A stretch of 64,000 nucleotides of DNA from assembly GCA_024704765.1 (NCBI GenBank), contig JAKMXF010000066.1, positions 496,001 to 560,000 on the forward strand. Reading direction: 5' to 3'. The notes under the pieces were generated by a model. It was given only the letters and a program-made list of their open reading frames with translations. It made no database searches and was not told where the DNA came from. The DNA is from Oopsacas minuta (Eukaryota > Animalia > Porifera). The position numbers and the translations under genes were made by a program. Shown in pieces: positions 20,315 to 31,293 of this stretch. Each line of letters opens with the position of its first letter. The stretch's first letter is position 1.

Positions 20315-23117
20315 ATGCAAACAGAACTGCCTCGTACAGAGCCCTGCTATATATCTCGATTGCCTTGTGAAGTTTGGTTAAATATTCTCAGTTCTCATGG
20401 ACTATCCAGTAGAGATCTAGTAGCAGTCGAGAATACTTCTATTTTCTTCAGAATACCTCAAAAACTATTCAATGGTGAGATAATGGAATTAAAATCAAGA
20501 TAATTAAGAGTAAAACAACTTGTATATCATCTGTTATATTTATATGTTCTCTATCAGGAGCTTCTATAACAGAGGAATCTGCTAGAGTAGCTATTACATT
20601 GGATTTTAAGAGATTTGGACAGTTTTGTTCTAAAAGAGAAGGTATTGAATTATGCATTATTTATTAAATTAGATGTATTATATTTCCAAGTGGTTTTCTA
20701 CCTAGATATTTGTTTGTTTGTCTAATTAGCACTGATATTCCTTCATCTTTCATACTCAGTATTCGAGTCTATGCTATTTGTAGGATTTGAATCTTGGAAA
20801 CACGTATTGAATCTGGTAGAACAACTCAATCATACATCAAGGAAATTAGCTTCTGGAGCGTTCCAGAACCTGTTTGTCACTCCCAACAGGTAACCGTCAT
20901 TATATACTAATATACAATCACAATCTTATGAATAATACTGGTGAATTTATATAGTCAGCTGTTATCCTGGGGAGCTGGTAAGCTGGGACAGCTGGGTAAT
21001 GGTAAGAGAGAGGATAACAATAATGTTAGTGACATCACTAGAAGTTTTCTACCCCCAGCTGAGAGAATAGTGCATGTGAGTTAGTACAGTGGAGTTCGCC
21101 TATTTGCAAGTTGTATTTTGCACGAATTTCCCTTGCTACAACGTAAAACGCAAACTACGTATTAGGGGAGTTATTTCCAATGCAAAATCGACGCTTAAGT
21201 TCTTGAAAAAACTTGCTAATAAGCGATTATTCCTAATAGGCTAAACCATTGTAGATCTTGTTGTTATTGTATTGTATATTAGGTATCAGCGGGACTAGCT
21301 CATGGTATGGTAGTGACTGATTCAGGATCTGTATATGCCATTGGAGATGGTAGATACTATCAAACAGGTAAATACACTCTTCCAATTACTACTGTAAATT
21401 TATATTTGTTATTATTTGCTATTAGGCATGGGTAACAAGGCAGTGCTATTGAATCCACTAATAGTTACTCCTATTCATCAGCATCATGTCATACAGACAT
21501 CTTGTGGAGGTTCTCATAGCTTATTTCTAACAGACATGGTATGTAATATACAGTTAACTTCCGTAATATCGAATTACCCGCTTATATCTAAGTCTGAAAT
21601 TGTACAAATATGGTCCCGAACTGTCAAAGTAACAAATATTCCATCGGTTATATCGAATTCAACAGGGAGATGTATATTCAGTTGGTTATGGAGAACAAGG
21701 ACAACTTGGGCTGGGATTGGGGGCTAATACAGGTTCTACTTCTATTCCTAAGAAGATAGAGTTGATGGATAACTCAGTAATTATCTCTATTAGCTCTACA
21801 GTTACACACAATAGTATGTAAGCTATCATAATTAGAATACACGATAAATGAATTAATATTCTTTAATGAATACTTTTGTAGTATTACTAACGTTACAAGG
21901 CTCTGTGTATGCATTTGGTTTGAGGGTAGAAGGAATGCTGGGTATAGAGACTAGTATGTCTACTGCAGGACCTCATATTACTGATTCTGTTGCGTTTAAG
22001 GTTAGCTTAATATTGTTAATAAATACCTGCAGTATAGATCAGCGGTTTCCACGGGGTCCACGAGTTAAAATGTTGGGAGCCGTTATATGTTTAAGACGTG
22101 TATTTAGCCAGTAAAGATTCCTAATCTGGAGAATATTCGGGAAGTTACAGCTTGTCCTGGTCGTTCTATTTGTATTGATAAACGAGGTTTGTTTATACAT
22201 ATAACTAATCCTAGCATTACTTCCATAAAAGTACATGTTATTATTATGTAGGTAGAGTGTACACATTTGGAACCTGTAGGAAAGGTTCACTTGGTCATGG
22301 TGATACAAGACCTCAGAAAACTCCAAAAATTGTAGAAGCATTATTGGTTAGTAAATAGAAATACAATTCTTACAATTTGAATGAATTATGAGTACGTATT
22401 TGTATATAGGAATATAAGATAGCTCATGCGTTTGGAGGTGCGTTAGTATCAATCTTCCTAACTGATGAGGGTCATCCTTTCTGGTGTGGTTATGGTATGG
22501 GAGAGATGTATGAGGTAATTACATCATTTATTTTGTATATTTACTTCTAAATATGTAAGCTAATTTATCCCTTTTTTGTGTTTAGTTTCCAACTTGTCTT
22601 CCTACATGTATTCGAGTACCTGAGAAGATTATAGGAGCTTCTATTGGAGATTCTCATATATTACTTCTGTCTCAGTATGTATACTACAGTCAACTCTCGT
22701 TATATCGAACACGGATATTTCGAAATACTTGCTTATATCAAAGTTCTCAATTATACAAATATGGCCCTAAACCGTCTGAGTAGCATAATTTCTTTGGTTA
22801 TACCGAAGTAATTATCGCGGTCCCATGAGCTTCGATATAATAGGAGTTGACTGTACAGTAAAAAATATTTCGGAACACAGTAACAAATGTCAAACAAAAG
22901 TAACTTTCATCTGTCTAGAAAATAGCAAGCGTTGTAGAATTTTATTAAACGAAGCTACAAAGCAAACTTTCCTAGGAAATACGGTTCAAAACTTGTAATC
23001 AAACTCTTCTTTAGGAACAACAATATCTATAGTGTTGGTATGAATACTCGTGGACAGACAGGACACGATATATCTATACAGAAAATTGACAAATTCACAC
23101 GATTCCATTACTCATAG
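20315..23117 (+). CDS. F-box-like + RCC1-repeat protein (FBXO24-like architecture), multi-exon
   Basis: N-terminal ISRLPCEVWLNIL F-box-like motif. Spliced RCC1 motifs include LLSWGAGKLGQLG, SCGGSHSLFLTD and IYSVGMNTRGQTG. Last exon stops at tag 23115-23117. Not every exon boundary was resolved. Confidence 0.7.
21087..21251. mobile_element. MITE family B (CAGTGGAGTTCGCC TIR) in RCC1-gene intron
   Basis: ta|cagtggagttcgcctatttgcaag ... taataggctaaaccattg|ta; internal sequence shared with 40104, 42328, 55832 and 63266. Confidence 0.8.
21551..21660. mobile_element. Truncated MITE family A in RCC1-gene intron
   Basis: ta|cagttaacttccgtaatatcgaa plus the shared internal segment. No right TIR before the acceptor aacag at 21665. 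Confidence 0.65.
22687..22853. mobile_element. MITE family A in RCC1-gene intron
   Basis: ta|cagtcaactctcgttatatcgaac ... cttcgatataataggagttgactg|ta. Confidence 0.9.
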
Positions 23118-23475
23118 AATTATTATATATCACCAAAATAACTTGTAATATCTGCTGTATGTTAGAATTGTATATTTATATATTTTGTTGTTATTTTGAT
23201 TCGCTATTATTTCTCGTGCTTTTATACTTCTGTTATAAATTATTTTGATTAAAGTTGCTATGAATATTTGAGTCTCCCTAAATCTGTCATATTTCTAATG
23301 TGAGGGAAGTTAACCAAAGGAATTAATAGATTTCGCTTGGGAAGAACATTCGAAATTTGACAGTACAGTTTTTGCAAATTGTTGCGGACAATAAGAATCG
23401 AGTGATAATAATAAATAACGAGCCTTTGGCTCGTTATTTCTTGTATTTTAGCTGATCATCTCCACAAATCTGATA

Positions 23476-23609
23476 CAGTAGAACTCGGATAAGACTTACC
23501 TACAGGAACTAAATTTTAGTTTGAATGAAGGAGTACGTATTGACCGAGTCATCTGACCTCCGTTCTTATCCGAGAACGGAGGTCAGGTCTTCTTATCCGA
23601 GTTGTACAG
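23476..23609. mobile_element. MITE family C (CAGTAGAACTCGGATAAG TIR), intergenic
   Basis: ta|cagtagaactcggataagac ... cttatccgagttgtacag|ta. Confidence 0.8.
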
Positions 23610-23848
23610 TATTAGAACCCAATTCATCATAGATGTAGTTGTATTGTATGATGTCACTAAGTAAATTTTCTGCCAATCAATTTCTGCTTACAACTAAGGA
23701 AACAATCTGATTGGCTGAGAGAGACAGAAGGATATAGGCATTATGTACTTATAATTGTATTTGTAATAAAGAGGTTGCAGAAAGGAGCTCTCCTGGAATG
23801 ATACCGTATTAGTGGGTGATATTTTGAGTCCCATCTGACCTCCGGAAT

Positions 23849-24395
23849 ATGTCTCCATACTTTTTATGCAAAAAATTAGAATATTTGAATACTTACAGTC
23901 GAAGAAAGCGAATTGGCAGTTTAGTTGTTACTTTAATCTTCTCACTTTTACTCTTTTTATTATTTCTATACGATCTTTGTATTATTTTGGCTACTGGAAA
24001 TCCTGACTACTCAACACACGTGGCTACAGATTATATCCCGGTAAGTATCAGATGTTTATTTGAATTTGAAGAGTTGATTTTTTCAGAAACTTTGTATTTA
24101 TACTGGATCTGATTAAATTAACAACTAATACTCCTGGAGTGTAGGTTTACATATCTATTTACTTCCTGTTAGGACATCTCATACTCTTAAAGATTAAAAT
24201 TTTGACGAAATATAACATTACATTGCATTGCAAATATTGCTTTCTACGCGTTCTTGACAACTAACCGTACGTATTATAACTATTCACTTTAGCTATTTCA
24301 GATGCTTTCCTGTTACACATTACTCTACTCACTAATCTCATCATGGTCTATCTCTAATCGTCTCATGCTCACTTTATCCCTTATTGCTGGAGGTT

Positions 24396-24461
<66 letters not shown>

Positions 24462-24756
24462 TCCTCTCCTTAATGTCCTGAATTTCGTACTTATTAAACA
24501 TATTAATAGAGACTATTTTGACTGAGTGTCTTCTCTAAATAGGGATTGTATTCAAATGAATGGAGATATTATTTGTTGAAAGAAGTTGTACATCTTATCC
24601 GAACGAGAATTAACGAGAAACCATTACACTTTAATGTACAAAATTAATTTGCATTTTTTGTTCTTAGGACTTGTCGCTCTAACTCTGATGGCACGGATAT
24701 CTCTCAATTTAGCATTCATCAGCTTCTACTCAGAAAAGTATGTGGATACTCCTTGA
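23849..24756 (+). CDS. Putative small multi-pass membrane protein, exon structure unresolved
   Basis: Exon 1 MSPYF..TM..DYIP ends at a gtaagt donor. Further hydrophobic segments (IANIAFYAFL; MLSCYTLLYSLISSW; LVALTLMARISLNLAFISF) lie between GT/AG sites but could not all be joined in phase. Confidence 0.35.
24399..24457. repeat. (AC)n microsatellite
   Basis: Pure AC run of about 59 nt. Confidence 0.97.
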
Positions 24757-24796
24757 ACAATGTCAGTTTGTTAGCATCTCTGTGTATAATATCAAA

Positions 24797-24844
24797 AAGT
24801 AATTATCGCGGTCCATTGAGTTTCGATATAATAGGAGTTTGCTG
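24797..24844. mobile_element. Right half of MITE family A
   Basis: aattatcgcggtccattgagtttcgatataataggagtttgctg|ta matches the right end of the 22687 copy. Confidence 0.7.
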
Positions 24845-25364
24845 TATGTATCAATTATAAATTTATGGACATTCAAAAGATGATAGTTTGAGTTTTATAT
24901 CGGATATTTTGGTGATAGCCAAGTACATCACTGCTCCAAATTAGTGAGAAGTACACTGAAGCCCCACATGATGAATGATAGCGAATATATTCCTCCAAAC
25001 AGACAGGCTTGATAACATTGAAATACTTTCTAATTCTAAATTATTGAATGCCTTACGCTCTAGACTGCTTCTTATAATTACTACGTTAGCATTGTAACCA
25101 TGAAATAATAATAACCTCTATGCGTATATGTATATATTCAGTTAAATTACTAAAATCTCTATTTAATTACAATTTCAGTCCTTCAAATACAATGCGATTC
25201 AATTTACATATGTCATCCTATCCTTGCCATGAATGTAAACAGTCAACACAAAATACACAATATAAAGAGCTTAATAGTATTCAACAACTGTACTTCTATA
25301 ACATGCAGCTTATCAATGTTATAAAAACTATAGCAAATACTAATCCAGAAAGATACGTAGAACT

Positions 25365-27026
25365 CTAGTAGTCTGAAAGGTTCATGTAGTGAGATTCATA
25401 ATGTTCGCTCTTCTTAGCTGTCTCAGAACCGTGTTTAAGAGTAATATTTTTAACTACTGCTGGATACGTAGCTGGTTTTAGAACATCCCTGATTTTTTCT
25501 TCATCGATATAAGTGTAATATCCTGGTTGTGATTTCTGTTCAGTTGTTGGTTCTGGTACCTGTAGTGTAGTATATTCCCTGTTATCTTTGGCCTCGGTTG
25601 TTTTCTCAATGCTTTTATTCCTTCCCTTCCAACAGCACGTAATTATTAATGCGATAACCAAGGCAATTACTATAATCGTTAGAAATATGGTGGTAACAAT
25701 AAATACTAGAGTTATAGAAGGTACAGGATTACTTTGGTTTAGGTAGCATCCACACGTATAGCTCCCATCTGTGTTAATACAAATGTCATCACAACCTCCA
25801 TTCCCATCTATACACTCATCTATATCTACACATCCATCAGCTGTTAACTTATAACCTGATTGACACTGACATGTGTGCCTGTCATTGCTAAGAATGAAAT
25901 GCTCATAACAAGAACACAAGTAGGATCCCATAGTGTTAGTACAATTATGCTCACAAGGATTGTTACTACACTCATTCACATCAGAACATGTATTCCCATC
26001 ATTACTCACTAAGAATCCCTCACTACAATAGCACTGATAAGATCCTAGAGTATTCCTACAATTCTGTTCCTGACAGATAGTTACATTCTGTACACACTCA
26101 TCAATGTCATGACATGCTTGTTCAGCTTCTATCAGTGTCAGTCCGTAACCTTCTGTACAAGCACATATGTAGCTATCTGCTGTATTAATACAAACGTTAT
26201 CACAGCTAACTGACTTGTTGAAACATTGATAAGACTCAGTACTATGACACTGTGAATATGTGGAAGGAGAATCTATGCTCAAACCAGATCCCTCACAACT
26301 TCCTATAATATCAATCCAACCATTAGCATCTACTATAGACATCCATTGTAGTTGACAAGTACAGTTTAATTGACCTCCATAAACAATTAATTCCCTAAGA
26401 GATGGTAAGTGCTGGAATGTTTCACTAGACAGATACGATATGGAATTATAACTTATGTCTATGAAGGATAAAGAAGACAGACCTCTGAAAGCATCTACTG
26501 ATATATTTACTAGCGAGCTAAACCTCCATGTTAGAGAGGATAGGAACATAAGATCACTCAACAGATTGCTATCTATTATATTGATGGAACGTCCATCCTC
26601 TATTCTAATTATTTGTAAGTTGGGAAAATATGTAGATAATTTATTGTCTCGTGTTTCCCAATTATATCGATGATATCCCAGTTGTAACTCTGTTATATTT
26701 GTATGTTGTCTTAGTGGATTGATATAAATTTCTGACCAATACATATCGATCGTTAAAGTAGTGATATTATCACTCAGATTCAATCGCAACTCAAAGTTTT
26801 CTGTGAAGTAAATTTCAAGATACAGCTCATGATAATGTTCTCCTACTGTACAAGATGTCAACACATTCCCAAAAACAGTAGAGTTTATAGGGTGCCCATG
26901 GCAATAAAGCACACCAGAGGAATATTCATAGCAGTAATTATTATCCTCACAAGATGATAATACTGTTGATGTTTCTAACAACACAAACACCACTAAAAGA
27001 TGAAGAAAGATACAAATATTCGTCAT
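25365..27026 (-). CDS. Type I membrane receptor: signal peptide, LRRs + LRR-CT, Ca-binding EGF repeats, TM, Tyr-containing tail; intronless
   Basis: LRR FRGLSSLSFIDISYNSI, LRR-CT LNCTCQLQW, cbEGF DIDEC/DVNEC..C.NT.GSY.C.C, TM SITLVFIVTTIFLTIIVIALVIALIITCCW. Confidence 0.88.
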   Translation of the reverse strand: MTNICIFLHLLVVFVLLETSTVLSSCEDNNYCYEYSSGVLYCHGHPINSTVFGNVLTSCTVGEHYHELYLEIYFTENFELRLNLSDNITTLTIDMYWSEIYINPLRQHTNITELQLGYHRYNWETRDNKLSTYFPNLQIIRIEDGRSINIIDSNLLSDLMFLSSLTWRFSSLVNISVDAFRGLSSLSFIDISYNSISYLSSETFQHLPSLRELIVYGGQLNCTCQLQWMSIVDANGWIDIIGSCEGSGLSIDSPSTYSQCHSTESYQCFNKSVSCDNVCINTADSYICACTEGYGLTLIEAEQACHDIDECVQNVTICQEQNCRNTLGSYQCYCSEGFLVSNDGNTCSDVNECSNNPCEHNCTNTMGSYLCSCYEHFILSNDRHTCQCQSGYKLTADGCVDIDECIDGNGGCDDICINTDGSYTCGCYLNQSNPVPSITLVFIVTTIFLTIIVIALVIALIITCCWKGRNKSIEKTTEAKDNREYTTLQVPEPTTEQKSQPGYYTYIDEEKIRDVLKPATYPAVVKNITLKHGSETAKKSEHYESHYMNLSDY

Positions 27027-27438
27027 TTATTTGTAGATAGCAACTAGTCTGTATATGTTAAGAAAATTATAACTGTTAGTAGCACAAACTGAAAGTTACT
27101 ATGCATAATTATTTGTAAATTGAGAGTTTAATATAATGAGTAATGTCTACGAATTCATCCCATAATAAATCAGATGATAATAAACTTTCCTACAAGACTT
27201 ACGTGTTTAAATACAATATTTTAGCTAATCTTCTATTGTAAAGCTAGAGTATTTTTTCCTTATTCCCGGGTAATATATATAGCTAAGTTTTCATATATTG
27301 CTGAATGTCTGAGGTAATATCTTTTGTATTTTGGTTACCGTTTTGTAAGCATAATATAATAACATAAGCAAAGCAAAGTATAGTGGATAGCATATATATA
27401 AATACATATATTTTATATCAGATAGATATACTCATATT

Positions 27439-28575
27439 ATGATGAATTTTACCATTTTATTGGAGAGTTTTACAATTCAACAAGTTGGTATTGCGGTTAT
27501 TTACGGATTTTTCATTTCGTTTAACGTAGTTTTGTTAATCTATGTTGTAAGGCGGTTTTACCTTGAATACAGGAAATATTCTCTCTGCAAACGAACACAT
27601 GAGCTAAATTCTAATGTGAGAACTATCTCCAACCAGTACCAATTGTACAACTTTACAACACAGCTTAGAAAATATTTTATAACAATATTGTGTTGTGTGA
27701 CAGAAATAATGACACATTTAATAACGTTTCTTTTATGGGTGATTTATGTGAATTTAAGTGACCCTTCTGAGAGTGAAATATTCCGTGAGAGTAATATATC
27801 GCATGATAATTGCCATTTTCCACTTTACATCTTAAAATTCTATCATTATCAATATCTCTTAATTTTACTGAACACGATTGTCTTCCTATACTTTCTCCTC
27901 TTTTCTTTACTTTCCATTCTCAGTCGTTATCTTGCTGCAAGGTATTTGAATCATGAATTTAAGCGAACGCTCATTAAATATTGTATTTGGATTCTGTTAC
28001 AGCTTTTCATCGTTGCATTATGCTCTTCTAAATACACCATCGCCCTTTCATTTATCCTAGTTCCTATGTTATCTGTTATAAATTGGTTAGTATGTTTACG
28101 AGATGTCAGAATCCTCTCTCAAGTGCTCAAATCAAGTCTAATCCAAATGCATACGCATTTAGAGAGTATAGAATTGTATAATGAACAGTTGATTGGCTAT
28201 AAATTATTCAGAATATTCGGTACAATTTTGCTAACTTCGTCATTCTTTCTAACGGTTGCTGTTGTCTCATCAAATATTGGAGAAATAGTTAGAGTTAATT
28301 CTGAGGGTTACTGCTTAATAAATTTGATTTATCATACACACATACATCCTCTTATTCCCGTTTCTAATGCAGTTCATGTTGTTAGAGAAATAATAGCTCT
28401 CGTTACAGAATTGTCGTTTTCCTTATACGTTCTATCAATGAGTATACCAGTATTCGCTATGATAATAATATCAATAGTACACAGATGTGTTAAGAGGTGG
28501 AAGGATAAAGCAGATAATTACAGATTTAACTACGATAAGATGGAGCCTCTGATTGGGAAGTATAGGGCATACTAG
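27439..28575 (+). CDS. Lineage-specific 7TM-like membrane protein, intronless
   Basis: 378-aa ORF with about 7 hydrophobic segments and a paired extracellular Cys. No canonical class-A DRY/NPxxY motifs. Confidence 0.7.
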   Translation: MMNFTILLESFTIQQVGIAVIYGFFISFNVVLLIYVVRRFYLEYRKYSLCKRTHELNSNVRTISNQYQLYNFTTQLRKYFITILCCVTEIMTHLITFLLWVIYVNLSDPSESEIFRESNISHDNCHFPLYILKFYHYQYLLILLNTIVFLYFLLFSLLSILSRYLAARYLNHEFKRTLIKYCIWILLQLFIVALCSSKYTIALSFILVPMLSVINWLVCLRDVRILSQVLKSSLIQMHTHLESIELYNEQLIGYKLFRIFGTILLTSSFFLTVAVVSSNIGEIVRVNSEGYCLINLIYHTHIHPLIPVSNAVHVVREIIALVTELSFSLYVLSMSIPVFAMIIISIVHRCVKRWKDKADNYRFNYDKMEPLIGKYRAY

Positions 28576-28756
28576 CCATCAGTCTTATATTTTATATAAG
28601 ATATTTCTCATATGTATTATTATTATTATTATTATTGGTCTACTTTGTATACTATCAGTTGTTCTTTAAGTATATTACAATATACAATAAAATTAAATAT
28701 TTTCAACAGTAACCTCTTGTTATAACGAAGTGTTTAGTTCTGTTCAGAAGTATAAT

Positions 28757-29602
28757 ATGTTAAACAAACACTCAGAACCAATAATCACATTGGGTCATCA
28801 ATGCAAGAGTCCTGGTAAGCTATTCAAACCGCACGGAATAGCTATTAATGAACAGAATACTCTCTTGTATGTTGCTGAAGGTATTGGCGTATCTCGAATT
28901 TCTACATTTACCTGTGAAGGGGATTTTGTGACTTGTTTCACAGATAAGAGAATGCTAAGTAGTACGTGGGGTATTGCTGTTATTAAGGATAATATTTATG
29001 TAACAGATATGGACGAGGATTTATTAATCAATTTCCAACAAGAAGGTCTCTTGTGCCGTGTTACTGTTGTAGGTGGCTATGGGTCAGGGGATGATGAGTT
29101 CAAAGGTCCCAATCAGCTGGCTGTTTCTAATAAAGGAGACATATATGTAGCTGATGTTTGGAATAACCGAATTAAAGTATTAGATAGTAATCTCATATTT
29201 CTATATAGCATCATACATGCTTTATTAACATTCCCTGTTGATGTTCAATTGCTACCAAATGAACTGTATGTTCTCAGTTGCGAGGATTCGCCATGTGTAC
29301 ACGTGTTCTCTTATAAAGGAGAAATGTTACGGTCGATGATTACCCAGGGAGACGGGATGCAAGTCCATGGAGCGAGTTTTTTCTGTCTTGACTCTGCTAA
29401 TAATATATTTATTAGTGATTGGGGTTGTCATCAGGTGAAAATATTCTCAGATAGAGCACTAGTACAGGTAATTGGAGAGGAGGGTCATGAAAAAGGAATG
29501 TTCTGGTATCCTTATGGAGCTACTATTACAATTGATTCAATAATTATTATTGTATCACTGAACAGGAATTATACATTACAGATATTTGATGTGCAAATTT
29601 GA
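28757..29602 (+). CDS. NHL-repeat beta-propeller protein
   Basis: Repeats FKPHGIAI, TWGIAV..IYVTD, FKGPNQLAV..IYVAD..NNRIKV, FPVDV, IFISDW. First ATG is at 28757. Confidence 0.88.
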   Translation: MLNKHSEPIITLGHQCKSPGKLFKPHGIAINEQNTLLYVAEGIGVSRISTFTCEGDFVTCFTDKRMLSSTWGIAVIKDNIYVTDMDEDLLINFQQEGLLCRVTVVGGYGSGDDEFKGPNQLAVSNKGDIYVADVWNNRIKVLDSNLIFLYSIIHALLTFPVDVQLLPNELYVLSCEDSPCVHVFSYKGEMLRSMITQGDGMQVHGASFFCLDSANNIFISDWGCHQVKIFSDRALVQVIGEEGHEKGMFWYPYGATITIDSIIIIVSLNRNYTLQIFDVQI

Positions 29603-29826
29603 TATAGTTTTTACAGATTATAGTATTCTGTATATTTGTAAATGAACGGGAAATGTTTACTTTGTAATTATTTTTAGCCAATTTACGGTTTTAATCTGGG
29701 TATTTTTAATTCTTGACTGTTTTACTTACGTATTATTATGTTATTTTAGAACAACAAATAAACAAACAAACAAACAACAAATTTGGTATCGCTCCTCCTA
29801 TTATGGTTATTCGTCGACTGGGAAAT

Positions 29827-29991
29827 ATTTCAAAATATATGGAAAGATAGTTTGAATAGAGATTTTCTAATTTTGCTGATTCCTGTGATTTAATAAATTT
29901 TCCCTACAACAGGTGTACCATATAATCTCCCTTCTTTGAAATAAGAGTATTAGGCCGAGTCTTATGAACTCTAAAGATAAGAATATGGATA
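29827..29991 (+). repeat. 165-bp direct repeat, copy 1 (left flank of 21-bp array)
   Basis: atttcaaaatatatggaaag...aagaatatggata is identical to 30899-31063 on base-by-base reading. Confidence 0.95.
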
Positions 29992-30898
29992 GAAAAATCA
30001 AGCAAAAATATAGAAAAATCAAGCAAAAATATAGAAAAATCAAGCAAAAATATAGAAAAATCAAGCAAAAATATAGAAAAATTAAGCAAAAATATAGAAA
30101 AATCAAGCAAAAATATAGAAAAATCAAGCAAAAATATAGAAAAATTAAGCAAAAATATAGAAAAATTAAGCAAAAATATAGAAAAATCAAGCAAAAATAT
30201 AGAAAAATCAAGCAAAAATATAGAAAAATCAAGCAAAAATATAGAAAAATCAAGCAAAAATATAGAAAAATCAAGCAAAAATATAGAAAAATCAAGCAAA
30301 AATATAGAAAAATTAAGCAAAAATATAGAAAAATCAAGCAAAAATATAGAAAAATTAAGCAAAAATATAGAAAAATTAAGCAAAAATATAGAAAAATCAA
30401 GCAAAAATATAGAAAAATCAAGCAAAAATATAGAAAAATTAAGCAAAAATATAGAAAAATCAAGCAAAAATATAGAAAAATTAAGCAAAAATATAGAAAA
30501 ATTAAGCAAAAATATAGAAAAATCAAGCAAAAATATAGAAAAATCAAGCAAAAATATAGAAAAATCAAGCAAAAATATAGAAAAATTAAGCAAAAATATA
30601 GAAAAATCAAGCAAAAATATAGAAAAATCAAGCAAAAATATAGAAAAATCAAGCAAAAATATAGAAAAATCAAGCAAAAATATAGAAAAATCAAGCAAAA
30701 ATATAGAAAAATCAAGCAAAAATATAGAAAAATTAAGCAAAAATATAGAAAAATCAAGCAAAAATATAGAAAAATCAAGCAAAAATATAGAAAAATTAAG
30801 CAAAAATATAGAAAAATCAAGCAAAAATATAGAAAAATTAAGCAAAAATATAGAAAAATCAAGCAAAAATATAGAAAAATCAAGCAAAAATATAGAAA
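29989..30898 (+). repeat. Minisatellite: 43 x 21-bp unit ATAGAAAAAT(C/T)AAGCAAAAAT
   Basis: 43 units counted. The only variation is C/T at one position (T in units 5, 8, 9, 16, 18, 19, 22, 24, 25, 29, 36, 39, 41). Confidence 0.97.
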
Positions 30899-31063
30899 AT
30901 TTCAAAATATATGGAAAGATAGTTTGAATAGAGATTTTCTAATTTTGCTGATTCCTGTGATTTAATAAATTTTCCCTACAACAGGTGTACCATATAATCT
31001 CCCTTCTTTGAAATAAGAGTATTAGGCCGAGTCTTATGAACTCTAAAGATAAGAATATGGATA
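30899..31063 (+). repeat. 165-bp direct repeat, copy 2 (right flank of 21-bp array)
   Basis: Identical to 29827-29991. Confidence 0.95.
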
Positions 31064-31293
31064 CAGATTTGTTTTATTGGTTATTAAGTTTTCTTACAGA
31101 TTTTAACGTGTTATTTAACGAATATTCATTCCATTAAAATACATCAGAGGTAATTTCTAGATAAAATTCAATTGTAATTAGCTTCGTATTTTAGTAAAAT
31201 TTAATAATTCAAATTTCAAAGATTGTATATTTGAATATTCAGGACATATAAGATTGGAGTTGTGAGAATAGAGCAAGTAAGTAAATATTATAA

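Noticed and set aside
29989-30898. CRISPR array or telomeric repeat interpretation of the 21-bp array
   Set aside because: There are no unique spacers and no cas genes, the context is eukaryotic, and the unit is unlike TTAGGG-type G-rich telomere repeats.
29867-30905. Long minus-strand ORFs (IFLYFCL)n and (FSIFLLD/N)n
   Set aside because: These are by-products of a stop-free 21-bp unit. They have non-ATG or repeat-external starts and no independent support.
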